Positions 18,198-27,804 of a stretch of DNA of 39,663 nucleotides are shown here, one piece after another. The position numbers were made by a program, and so were the translations under genes. The stretch lies in sequence record DRR723986_10959; one strand, written 5' to 3'. The notes under the pieces are model-generated. The model ran no database searches. It had not been told where the DNA came from and saw only the letters and a program-made list of their open reading frames with translations. Position 1 is the stretch's first letter. Every line of letters starts with the position of its first letter.

Positions 18198-20588
18198 ATG
18201 TCTTTCAATTTCTTGAAGAAACTTACGCTTGGATTTGTTTTAGTATTCAGTCTTGCAAATTATTCTATTGCCCAGCATGACGATTTTGACAGTACAGAAG
18301 CCGAAGATCTTGAGCTCATTTTAAGTGATAGTACGAACCATGAGGGAATCATTGAAGAAGCCCATATAGGCGAAGGTCATGATGAACATGGAAACGGTGA
18401 GACCATTTCTGAAAATCACGGATCTACGCATGATGAAGGTCATGGAGAAGACCATGAAGGAGGGCATCACGCCGATTTCAGCCCGCTATTATTCATCATA
18501 GTTGCTTTAATTATTGGAGCCGCTACCCGTCATTTCTTATCTAAAATTGGACTTCCGTTTACCGTAGCACTACTACTCATTGGAATTGGAATAGGCGTAT
18601 TAGGACGTCATGAGTTTTTTGGTGAATTTGATATTGCTGGATACATTATAGATGCTAGCGTAGTAGATCGATCAATAGAATGGGCCGCACATATAGATGC
18701 GCACATGTTACTATACGTATTCCTACCAATCTTAATTTTTGAGGCGGCCTTTGCAATGGACGTTCACACTTTTAAAAAGTCATTCACCAACTCAGTTTTA
18801 CTTGCAGTTCCTGGAATATTAATCGCTATTTTCCTAACAGCAGCCTGTGTTTGGGCGCTAATTCATTACGGATTAGGGCTAGAAACTTGGTCTTGGGAAA
18901 TGGTCTTATTATTTGGTACCGTAATTAGTGCAACTGACCCCGTAGCGGTTGTTGCCATTCTAAAAGAATTGGGAGCGAGTAAAAAACTGGGGACCTTGAT
19001 AGAAGGAGAGTCATTACTGAATGATGGTACTGCTATCGTGATTTTCATGGTGATATTCTTAGGAATTACTGGCCAAGCTTTAGACCACTCTCCTCTACTG
19101 GAATTCTTTAGAGTTGCTTTTGGTGGAGTATTAATCGGTGCAGTGATTGGATTAATCGGATTGCGTTGGATGCGCTCAGTATTCAATGATATGCTGATCG
19201 AAATTACAATAATCGTTTCCTTGGCTTACTTAACCTTCTTTGTAAGTGAATACATGTTTGGAGTTTCAGGTGTACTTGGACTGGTGACTCTAGGACTATT
19301 GATGGCAGGTCCAGGAAGAACGAAGATTTCTCCGGAAGTGCAGCACTTCATCCATGAATTTTGGGAATTCACAGCCTTTACGGCCAATGTGCTTATCTTC
19401 TTGATAGTAGGTGTTGTTATTGCTGAGAGAACGAATTTTACCTTGAACGATATTTGGATGCTACTGGCTGTTTATGTCATTATCCACTTAGTACGTGCAG
19501 TGGTTATCGCAGTGCTTTATCCTATCATGAAACGGGCAGGATACGGATTAGGAAAAAATCACCCGCAAGCCATGTGGTGGGGAGCATTAAGAGGAGCTAT
19601 AGGATTAGCTTTAGCACTTATTGTTGAGTCTTCACCTGCTATCCCTCAAGTAATTAGAGATGAATTTTTGTTCTTAACGGCTGGAATTGTAACCATGACG
19701 CTTTTGATCAATGCTACAACCATGAAAGCCGTGGCCAACAAACTGGGCTTAACTGCCGTTTCTAGCTCTAAAAAATATGTGATAGAATCTGCTAAAGATT
19801 TTGTATTCAATCAAACTGTTGCTTCCATTGACGGATTAGAAAAAGATCGATTCTTTAAAAAGGTGAACTGGGAGGCTGTTGGTGCTTACTTACCACCTTC
19901 ATCTGCAGTAGAATCTTTATCAGACTTGAATAACTTCAAAGAAGAATCAAGACGAAGAATTCTAGAGAAAGAAAAGAGTTCTTACTGGGCACAATTTAAA
20001 GAAGGTTTGATTTCATCAGGAGCATACAACCTCTTGGTATCAGAAATTAATGAAATATTAGATTCAGGTGGAGAACGACTTTTATCTGACCGTGGAGATT
20101 TAGATGAACTTTTGGATACTAAGAATTCATTGAAAAAATTTGGAATTTTTAAAGGATTTTTCTCAAAGAGATATGTAAATCAGTTGGGGGCAAGTTTTGA
20201 TGCCGCTAAAGGATTTTACGGAGCTCAAGTTGAATGCATGAAGATGTTGAAAGAACTGCAGAAAGGAACATCTTCCGAGCAAGAGTTGGAGATATTAACT
20301 GCTATGGAGAGTGAAATTGAAGAGAATAATATTCAGGCCTTAACCTTCCTAAGAAACTTTAAAAATCAATATCCAAATATTTACCGACATGTATCTACAA
20401 GACAGGCGATCAGAACTCTCCTTAATACTGAGAAACAGAAGGTAAACGAATTGCTTAAAGCAGGTAGAATAACTGGTGAAGAGGCGAATTCAATGATTGT
20501 TGATATTGAATCTAGAATGTTGAGTTTGAGTAAGGAGAAAATGTCTAAAAGCGATCAGGATAAAGAGCAACCAAAAGAAAAACCTTAA
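18198..20588 (+). CDS. CPA1 Na+/H+ antiporter, SOS1/NhaP-like, with His-rich N-terminus and long C-terminal tail
   Basis: FLPILIFEAAF, SATDPVAVVAILKELG, IEGESLLNDG and WWGALRGAIGLALAL. Confidence 0.9.
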   Translation: MSFNFLKKLTLGFVLVFSLANYSIAQHDDFDSTEAEDLELILSDSTNHEGIIEEAHIGEGHDEHGNGETISENHGSTHDEGHGEDHEGGHHADFSPLLFIIVALIIGAATRHFLSKIGLPFTVALLLIGIGIGVLGRHEFFGEFDIAGYIIDASVVDRSIEWAAHIDAHMLLYVFLPILIFEAAFAMDVHTFKKSFTNSVLLAVPGILIAIFLTAACVWALIHYGLGLETWSWEMVLLFGTVISATDPVAVVAILKELGASKKLGTLIEGESLLNDGTAIVIFMVIFLGITGQALDHSPLLEFFRVAFGGVLIGAVIGLIGLRWMRSVFNDMLIEITIIVSLAYLTFFVSEYMFGVSGVLGLVTLGLLMAGPGRTKISPEVQHFIHEFWEFTAFTANVLIFLIVGVVIAERTNFTLNDIWMLLAVYVIIHLVRAVVIAVLYPIMKRAGYGLGKNHPQAMWWGALRGAIGLALALIVESSPAIPQVIRDEFLFLTAGIVTMTLLINATTMKAVANKLGLTAVSSSKKYVIESAKDFVFNQTVASIDGLEKDRFFKKVNWEAVGAYLPPSSAVESLSDLNNFKEESRRRILEKEKSSYWAQFKEGLISSGAYNLLVSEINEILDSGGERLLSDRGDLDELLDTKNSLKKFGIFKGFFSKRYVNQLGASFDAAKGFYGAQVECMKMLKELQKGTSSEQELEILTAMESEIEENNIQALTFLRNFKNQYPNIYRHVSTRQAIRTLLNTEKQKVNELLKAGRITGEEANSMIVDIESRMLSLSKEKMSKSDQDKEQPKEKP

Positions 20589-21103
20589 TGTTCTACCTTA
20601 CTGATATTGAATCAGAACGTTTAGTTTTCAAACCGCTCAATCATCTTTACGATAAAGATTGGGCGAGATATTTATCGAACCCCATTAATACAAAGTATTA
20701 TCCTAAAATTCCGGTTACCAGCCCAGAGCGAGCCGATTTATGGATACAATCTCAAATCGACCGGTACAAAGACAATACCCTGGGCATGTGTGCGGTTCAT
20801 TTAAAATCTACGGATGAGTTCATAGGGCAAGCAGGAGCTTTGGTTCAAGATGTGGATGGTCGAAAAGAATTTGAAGTCGGTTATCATTTTTTTGCCGAAC
20901 ATACAGGAAAAGGATATGCCACTGAGGCTGCTGTTCATTTCAAAAATTGGATTTTCAATAATTTCGATACAGATTCAGTGATCTCAATTATTCGAACTGA
21001 TAATATTCCCTCTCAGAAAGTAGCGCTAAGACACGGAATGACTAAAGATTCAGAAACTATCTGGAAAGACATGGAAGTCTTTATTTATAGAGAAAGACGT
21101 TAA
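20588..21103 (+). CDS. GNAT acetyltransferase (RimJ/RimL-like)
   Basis: ESERLVF, EVGY...GKGYATEAA and NIPSQKVA. TAATG coupling with the antiporter gene. Confidence 0.88.
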   Translation: MFYLTDIESERLVFKPLNHLYDKDWARYLSNPINTKYYPKIPVTSPERADLWIQSQIDRYKDNTLGMCAVHLKSTDEFIGQAGALVQDVDGRKEFEVGYHFFAEHTGKGYATEAAVHFKNWIFNNFDTDSVISIIRTDNIPSQKVALRHGMTKDSETIWKDMEVFIYRERR

Positions 21104-22017
21104 GCAATCTCGTATTGAGTGCTCAGATAATTTGATGCCCAAACTTCGGGGTTTCCTTTTTTATCGAAATAAAAATCGACCCTTCCTAAATAAAGACCTG
21201 CCCAGCCAACCTGATTAATGAGGACGGACCTTCCAGCTTTATTTTTATGCATTTCAGGCTTATCCATAAAGGTATGAGAATGACCACCAAGAATCAAATC
21301 TATATTTTCGGTTTCAGCGGCTAATACCTGATCACACATTTCGTTCAGTCGCTTATAATGTCCTAAATGAGACAAGCAGATTACCAAATTACACTGATAT
21401 TCTTTCTTTAGCAGAGCGGCATAATAATTTGCTTTCTCAATGGGATTCAGGTATTGAGTATTGCCATAAAGATCTTTAGGAACAAGACCATCTAACTCCA
21501 CGCCTAACCCAAAAACACCAACTCTTATAGCTCCTTTTTGAAACATTTTAAATGGAATTGTCTTGCCATTCAGTTCAGTATCACTAAAATCATAATTTGA
21601 ACATAAAAAAGGAAACTTGGCATGCGGCATTGCTTTAATGAATCCATCTATTCCCCCATCAAAATCATGATTCCCCATGGTTGCGGCATCATAACCCATT
21701 TGTGACATTAGTTTTAATTCTAACTCTCCACCATGCACATTAAAGTAAGGAGTCCCTTGAAAAATATCTCCAGCATCCAACAGGAGTACTTCTTTTTCTT
21801 GACTTCGGATGGTGTTAATTAAACTCATTCTCCTGCTTACCCCACCTTTATTCGGATATTTCTTGTGATTTTCAGGGAATGGGTCGATATGCGAATGTGT
21901 ATCGTTAGTATGAAGAATAGTGATCTTCTGGCCTTTCTGTTTGTCTTTAAATGAAGACAAAGAGGCAATGGCTAAGCTGCCAGTGGCGATTGAGGTTAAA
22001 AACTTTCTTCTATCCAT
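21100..22017 (-). CDS. 5'-nucleotidase metallophosphoesterase subunit with Tat signal
   Basis: MDRRKFL twin-arginine signal, ILHTNDTH, LDAGD, GNHDFD, LSHLG and GGHSH. Confidence 0.9.
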   Translation of the reverse strand: MDRRKFLTSIATGSLAIASLSSFKDKQKGQKITILHTNDTHSHIDPFPENHKKYPNKGGVSRRMSLINTIRSQEKEVLLLDAGDIFQGTPYFNVHGGELELKLMSQMGYDAATMGNHDFDGGIDGFIKAMPHAKFPFLCSNYDFSDTELNGKTIPFKMFQKGAIRVGVFGLGVELDGLVPKDLYGNTQYLNPIEKANYYAALLKKEYQCNLVICLSHLGHYKRLNEMCDQVLAAETENIDLILGGHSHTFMDKPEMHKNKAGRSVLINQVGWAGLYLGRVDFYFDKKGNPEVWASNYLSTQYEIA

Positions 22018-22760
22018 TAATTCAGTTTTATTCGGTTTTCAACCGGATACGCCTTGAGTTCACCCACTTTTTTGATATGTTCAATGTAGATATCGCGCAT
22101 TAAAATTCCAGAATTCCATGAATTTTTCGCTCCCTTAAAGAATTCCATTTTATCTCCTCCTCCTGCTAAATAATCTGAAGTAACAATTAATACATCTGAT
22201 TCTTTATCGAATTCTCTGCCGTTAATTACAATAGAATGATGGTCACCACTGAGATCAATTTTAGCCCCTGAAATGGGTTGTCCTTGAACTTTTTTCAGAT
22301 AATCCATCATATCAAAAAGATTACTTGCTGACAGTTGTACTAAAGTCAAGGTATTATCAAAAGGCATCAATTCGTAAACGTTTCCAACACTGATATCCCC
22401 CTGATTAACAGTAGATCTTAATCCTCCAAAATTCAGCAAGCAAAACGTATTTTTTATTAGATTACTATCAATATCTGCCTGTTTGTAGGCGTATTTCAAT
22501 CCCGCCTCTAGCATCACGTCCGCTGAAAAATTGCCTAAAGGTGATTCGGGTGTATATTTTTCCAACGACTGATTGGTATACCCGATTTTGACATTCATAG
22601 TAGCCCTCATCTCTTCACGATAAGGATTGATTATCGAGTCTAATGATGAAGACTCTTGCTCGGCATTTATCTCTGTTGTTCCTGATGAATAATCAGCAAT
22701 TTGACGAGTACCACAAGCACTCAACAATAATATGAAGAGATAAAGGCAGTAATTCTGCAT
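22017..22760 (-). CDS. 5'-nucleotidase C-terminal (substrate-binding) domain lipoprotein
   Basis: Lipobox LSAC, ESPLGNF, NFGGLR, ELMPFDN and TSDYLAGGGD. Confidence 0.9.
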   Translation of the reverse strand: MQNYCLYLFILLLSACGTRQIADYSSGTTEINAEQESSSLDSIINPYREEMRATMNVKIGYTNQSLEKYTPESPLGNFSADVMLEAGLKYAYKQADIDSNLIKNTFCLLNFGGLRSTVNQGDISVGNVYELMPFDNTLTLVQLSASNLFDMMDYLKKVQGQPISGAKIDLSGDHHSIVINGREFDKESDVLIVTSDYLAGGGDKMEFFKGAKNSWNSGILMRDIYIEHIKKVGELKAYPVENRIKLN

Positions 22761-22761
22761 C

Positions 22762-23811
22762 TTAATTCGCTACTTTTTTCAAAATAACATAGGTCGGAAA
22801 GTGATCAGAATAACCGTTTGTATATTGCCCAGCCGCGAATGTTCTCAAAGGATAATCCGCATAATTACCTTCTTGTTGAATCATATATTTTTTCTTGAAT
22901 ATTTCTGCCGTATGTAAAGTGTATCCAACCTGCGATTCATCTAAGAATGATTGAGAAATAATTATTTGATCAAATAAATTCCATGTCCCCCTATACGCCA
23001 AGGTACCGTTTCCTTTTTTCCAGGTTTTGTAGAGGGTATTGTACATATCCCCTTTTTCTAATTTCGCTTGTTTACCTTTCGCCTTGATATATTCTGTTAC
23101 TGCTAAATTGTTAGGGTCATCATTTAAATCACCCATTAAAATGATTTTTGCTTCAGGATTATCTGTAAATAAAGAATCAATTATCCTTCTCCCTAATTTC
23201 CCAGCCTCTATTCTATTGGGTTCTGATGCTTGCTGACCACCTCTTCTAGAAGGCCAATGCGCTACAATAAAAGTCACATCTTCGCCATCCATATTTCCCG
23301 TTACGACTAATTGATCACGCGTTTTATAATCCTCATTAAAAGGCATAATCAATTCATAGGATACCGCTTTTTTTAATTTGAAGTATTTTTCTTGATACAA
23401 TAATCCAACATCAATTCCTCTTCTATCAGGAGAATCGAAATGCGCAATTTGATACTTTCTTTTAGCAATGCTAGGTTCTTTGACTAAATCTTCAAGAACT
23501 CTTTTATTTTCTACTTCACAAACTCCTAAAACAGCAGCTCCATCTGGCGTATAAGCTGTTCCGATTTCAGAAATGACCTTAGCCATATGATTCAATTTTG
23601 TATGGTACTTAGTAGAGTCCCATGCTTTTTCAGAATCTGGCATGTATTCTTCATCTCTGATCTTAGGATCATCTTCATAGTCAAACAGGTTTTCTAAATT
23701 GTAAAAGCCTGAACAAACTATTTTGTAGGCCACTTGATCTTGTGAATAAGCTGAACCTGAAACAGTTAAAAGAAATGCAAGAATAATAATTAACGAGTTG
23801 GAACTTTTCAT
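22762..23811 (-). CDS. Exported endonuclease/exonuclease/phosphatase (EEP) family protein
   Basis: Signal peptide from ATG 23811, YNLENLFD, GVCEVEN, SPDRRGIDV, HWPSRRGG, MGDLND, WNLFDQI and YSDHFP. Confidence 0.9.
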   Translation of the reverse strand: MKSSNSLIIILAFLLTVSGSAYSQDQVAYKIVCSGFYNLENLFDYEDDPKIRDEEYMPDSEKAWDSTKYHTKLNHMAKVISEIGTAYTPDGAAVLGVCEVENKRVLEDLVKEPSIAKRKYQIAHFDSPDRRGIDVGLLYQEKYFKLKKAVSYELIMPFNEDYKTRDQLVVTGNMDGEDVTFIVAHWPSRRGGQQASEPNRIEAGKLGRRIIDSLFTDNPEAKIILMGDLNDDPNNLAVTEYIKAKGKQAKLEKGDMYNTLYKTWKKGNGTLAYRGTWNLFDQIIISQSFLDESQVGYTLHTAEIFKKKYMIQQEGNYADYPLRTFAAGQYTNGYSDHFPTYVILKKVAN

Positions 23812-23829
23812 TGTAATGATTTGTGTGTT

Positions 23830-23837
23830 CAAATTTA
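23830..23837 (-). promoter_or_regulatory. -7 element for the EEP/nucleotidase operon
   Basis: Minus strand TAAATTTG. It covers the ORF-track TTG 'start', which supports ATG 23811 as the real start. Confidence 0.55.
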
Positions 23838-23921
23838 TTCATAATTATCAAATGCCAGACCAAAGTTGGATGAACCAAATGTTAACAACTTATTATAAGA
23901 TTATAAAATTTGGTAGATGGA

Positions 23922-23954
23922 TTTGGTAGGTTACTTCTTAATTTTGTAGCTTTG
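23922..23954 (+). promoter_or_regulatory. Bacteroidota sigmaA promoter of the TonB-dependent receptor operon
   Basis: TTTG 23922-23925, 21-nt spacer, TAGCTTTG 23947-23954. Confidence 0.75.
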
Positions 23955-24000
23955 CCAGGCCTTTTTTCAAAAACGAGGGCTTCAATCACACAGATTAAAC

Positions 24001-26535
24001 ATGTTGAAAAACTTTACACTACTCTTACTTATGGTGACCTCGTGCACCTTAAGTTTTGCCCAAGATGACTCAACAAGAGTTGGTTCAATTGAAGATACAT
24101 TAAACGACAACACCCCCGTTTTCATTTCAAGTTTAGATGACATTGGAAATAATGGAGGAAACGTTTCAGGTTTATTACAGTCTTCAAGAGATGTTTTTGC
24201 CGCAACTGCCGGTTTTAACTTTTTTGCAGCCCGTTTCAGAATTAGAGGATATGACGGAGATAAAACAACAATTTTCGTTAATGGGGTTCCGACTGGGGAC
24301 GCAGTAACTGGATGGAGCCAATTCTATAAATGGGGTGGTCTAAATGATGTGACTCGTTATGCAGAAACTAAAAAATGGCTAACTGATAACCCTTACCATT
24401 TTGGTGGAATCGGAGGATATTCTAATATTGACATTTCGGCAACATCCGTTAGAAAAGGATGGCGTGTATCATATGCGAACGCCAATAGATCATATCGTCA
24501 ACGATTAATGTTGACTTATGGTACGGGTATGATGAAAAATGGATGGGCATTTGCTTTCTCAGCATCAACAAGATATGCTAGAGAAGGGTATGTAGAAGGT
24601 ACATACTATAACAATGTCTCTTATTATGCTTCTGCTAAAAAACAAATCAATAAAAACCACAGTTTAAACTTCTCTATTCTTGGATCTCCTAGAGAAAGAG
24701 GTCGTTCAAACATTTTTGTGCAAGAAGTTTATGACTTAACTGGAGATATTTATCACAACACCAATTGGGGCTGGCAAACGTTATCATCAGGTGATTCAGT
24801 TAAACGAAATGGAAACATTGCACGAGAGCACGTTCCAATTTTAACTTTAAATCACGAGTGGAAAATCAATGATAAAACCAAATTGAACACCTCTATCCTA
24901 TCTTCTTTTGGAAAACGAGGAAGAGAGCGATTGAACTGGTATGATGCAAAAGATCCTAGACCTGATTACTACAGATACCTACCTTCTTATTACGAGTCCT
25001 TAAACGACCAAGCTAATGCTAATGTATTAAGAAATGGGTGGGAAAATGGGAATCCAGATTTTACGCAAATTAATTGGGACGGATTATATCGTGCAAACGA
25101 TAATAATTTATACACGTTATTAGATGCAGATGGGCAAACAGGAAATACGTTGAACGGGAAGAGGTCTAAATATATCATGGAGAATCAATGGAATAATGAA
25201 TTATCAATTTCAGGAGCATCTGTGTTGACCAAGTATTATGATAAAATGAATTTCACTGCTGGGGTTTACTATCAAATGCAAAGAAACCATTACTTCAAAA
25301 CGATTGCCGATTTATTAGGTGGGGATTATTGGGTAGATGTTGACCAGTTCGCAGAGCAAGACTTCCTGGATCCAGTAGCAGCTCAAAACAATGCTGAAAC
25401 ACCAAATAGAACAGTTAGAGTTGGTGATACGTTTGGATGGGATTTCTATATCCACAACCATGAAGCCACGGCCTTCGCGCAAGTGGCCTACACATTAAAA
25501 AACATTGACTGGTATGCGGCAGTTGAAATATCTGACCAATTCTTTTATAGAGAGGGTGTTTATCAAAACGGAAGATTTTTAGAGGATTCTAAAGGAAAAT
25601 CAGATACTTACAATTTTTTCAACTATGCAGCTAAAGGTGGAATCACTTATAAAATTTCTGGAAGACAATATATTACTGCGAATGCAGCTTATTTGACTGA
25701 GGCACCTACTTCAAGAAACGTATTCATTTCTCCTAGAACGAGAGATTATACAGTAGATAATCCGCAAAACGAAACGATCTACACAGGTGATGTATCTTAC
25801 ATCTTAAGATACCCGAAATTAAAAATGAGAGCTACTTATTATTATATGGAGAGAAAAGACGCCTTATGGTCAAGAAGTTTTTATCATGACGAATACAGAT
25901 CTTTTGTGAATTATGTGATGGAAGGAGTTGATTACTGGCATCATGGAGCAGAATTTGGAGTTGACGGAACCATTGTTGGAGGATTAAGTGCAAATGGTGT
26001 TTTAGCTTGGGGACAACACCTCTATAATTCAAGACCAACTGCTTCAATCTACAGAGACAACTCTGCAGAATTAATTGATGAGGATAAAACAGTTTATTTG
26101 AAAAATTATAAGATTGGTGGAATGCCTCAGTCGGCTGCATCATTGGGATTAAAATATTCAGGAAAAAAATATTGGTTTGCAGGCGTTAGCTTCAATTATT
26201 TTATGGATATCTACTTAGATCCTTCTCCGGACAGAAGAACAGAAGAGGCAGTAGCGAACTTTGTTGAATCTGATCCACAATGGAATGAAACATTAGACCA
26301 AACGAGATTAGACAACGGTTATAGCCTAAACATTATTGGAGGTAAGTCCTTTAAATTTGGAGATTACTATTTAAGCCTTTTCGGAAACATTACCAATGTA
26401 ACGAATAACAGAGATTTTATTACAGGAGGATTTGAACAGTTGAGATTCGATAAAACGAATACAAATAAGTTCCCACCTAAAGTATCCTATATGTACGGAA
26501 TCAATTATTTCGTTTCAGCAACATTAAGATTTTAA
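24001..26535 (+). CDS. TonB-dependent receptor-like outer-membrane protein
   Basis: Signal peptide, plug-like FRIRGYD...IFVNGVP, aromatic-rich beta strands, NITNVTN and a C-terminal Phe (VSATLRF). Confidence 0.82.
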   Translation: MLKNFTLLLLMVTSCTLSFAQDDSTRVGSIEDTLNDNTPVFISSLDDIGNNGGNVSGLLQSSRDVFAATAGFNFFAARFRIRGYDGDKTTIFVNGVPTGDAVTGWSQFYKWGGLNDVTRYAETKKWLTDNPYHFGGIGGYSNIDISATSVRKGWRVSYANANRSYRQRLMLTYGTGMMKNGWAFAFSASTRYAREGYVEGTYYNNVSYYASAKKQINKNHSLNFSILGSPRERGRSNIFVQEVYDLTGDIYHNTNWGWQTLSSGDSVKRNGNIAREHVPILTLNHEWKINDKTKLNTSILSSFGKRGRERLNWYDAKDPRPDYYRYLPSYYESLNDQANANVLRNGWENGNPDFTQINWDGLYRANDNNLYTLLDADGQTGNTLNGKRSKYIMENQWNNELSISGASVLTKYYDKMNFTAGVYYQMQRNHYFKTIADLLGGDYWVDVDQFAEQDFLDPVAAQNNAETPNRTVRVGDTFGWDFYIHNHEATAFAQVAYTLKNIDWYAAVEISDQFFYREGVYQNGRFLEDSKGKSDTYNFFNYAAKGGITYKISGRQYITANAAYLTEAPTSRNVFISPRTRDYTVDNPQNETIYTGDVSYILRYPKLKMRATYYYMERKDALWSRSFYHDEYRSFVNYVMEGVDYWHHGAEFGVDGTIVGGLSANGVLAWGQHLYNSRPTASIYRDNSAELIDEDKTVYLKNYKIGGMPQSAASLGLKYSGKKYWFAGVSFNYFMDIYLDPSPDRRTEEAVANFVESDPQWNETLDQTRLDNGYSLNIIGGKSFKFGDYYLSLFGNITNVTNNRDFITGGFEQLRFDKTNTNKFPPKVSYMYGINYFVSATLRF

Positions 26536-26537
26536 TT

Positions 26538-27803
26538 ATGAAGATGAACAAAATTTTTGCTCTACTCCTATTGTCAGCGGTATTCGTGGCTTGTAAAAAA
26601 GAGCCAGACTCTCCACCTGTAAACACATTGAATCAAGGAAAAGTTGTCACGATAGATTCTTTACGTGCTATGCAAATGGCCGTTGCACCAGGTGGAGTAT
26701 CGATTGATGATTCGTTGACCACATTCGCAATTGTTACCATGGATGAATCTTCAGGAAATATCTACAAAAATCTATACATACAAGATCACACTGGTGGAAT
26801 TCAGGTAAGATTGACTGCATCAAGCGATTTTGCGGTTGGAGATTCTTTACGTATCAATCTTTTGGGAGCATATCTTAGTGAGTATAACGGAACCATTCAA
26901 TTAGATTCGATTGATCCGGACAATGACATTGTTCGCCAATCACAGGGATATCCAATCAGTCCAGCAGTAATGACAGTTGAAGATATTATTGCCGTAGCGA
27001 ATGATCCAGACCCAACAAAATTTTCGGACTTAGAAGGTACATTGGTTAAGGTGACTGATATTCAATTCACCACTGGAAATTTAACAACTACTTATGCAGA
27101 TGCCATCAATCAATCTTCTGAAAACAGAATTTTAGAGTCATGTGCAGGAGGTGCAAATATTTTAGTAAGAACTTCTGGTTTCGCTGACTTTGCAGGAGAT
27201 ACAGTTGCACAAGGACAAGGTGATATGACTGTTATAATCGGTCGTTTTGGATCTGATATTCAATTATTGATTAGAAATCCGAATGAAATAAATCTAAACG
27301 GGGCAAGATGTGCTGGTCAAATTTTAATTAAAGATTTTGATGATAATGATGTGACTTCAGGAGGCTGGTCTGATGTTGTGGTTGTTGGAACAACTATTTG
27401 GGAAACCAGTACTGCTGGAGGAGCTCCTAGTCCCTATGGAGTTATCAGTAACTATAATGGTACTAACACGGCTGCAGAGAATTGGTTAATATCGCCAGAT
27501 ATTGATTTATCAGGCTCTTCTACTCCTAACTTGAGCTTTAGAAATGCTTATAACTATACTGGTCCCGCGCTTGAATTATTGGTATCAACAGATTATACCG
27601 GAGTTGGAAATCCTAACTCAGCGACTTGGATAGATTTATCATCTCAGGTGACATGGTCAACTGGAGGTTTTACGTTTGTAGAATCAGGCAGTATTGATTT
27701 GTCAGCTTATGCTGGAGGATCATTGCGTATTGCGTTTAAGTATACTGGTTCAAACAGTGACGGCAGTACTTGGGAAATTGATGACATTATAATTAACGGA
27801 TAA
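26538..27803 (+). CDS. Surface lipoprotein, DUF5689-like (OB-fold) plus choice-of-anchor-J/cleaved-adhesin-like domain
   Basis: Lipobox FVAC-KKEPD, DESSGNIYKNLYIQD..GGI, VRTSGFADFAG, then WLISPDIDLS...GSTWEIDDIII. Confidence 0.72.
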   Translation: MKMNKIFALLLLSAVFVACKKEPDSPPVNTLNQGKVVTIDSLRAMQMAVAPGGVSIDDSLTTFAIVTMDESSGNIYKNLYIQDHTGGIQVRLTASSDFAVGDSLRINLLGAYLSEYNGTIQLDSIDPDNDIVRQSQGYPISPAVMTVEDIIAVANDPDPTKFSDLEGTLVKVTDIQFTTGNLTTTYADAINQSSENRILESCAGGANILVRTSGFADFAGDTVAQGQGDMTVIIGRFGSDIQLLIRNPNEINLNGARCAGQILIKDFDDNDVTSGGWSDVVVVGTTIWETSTAGGAPSPYGVISNYNGTNTAAENWLISPDIDLSGSSTPNLSFRNAYNYTGPALELLVSTDYTGVGNPNSATWIDLSSQVTWSTGGFTFVESGSIDLSAYAGGSLRIAFKYTGSNSDGSTWEIDDIIING

Positions 27804-27804
27804 G

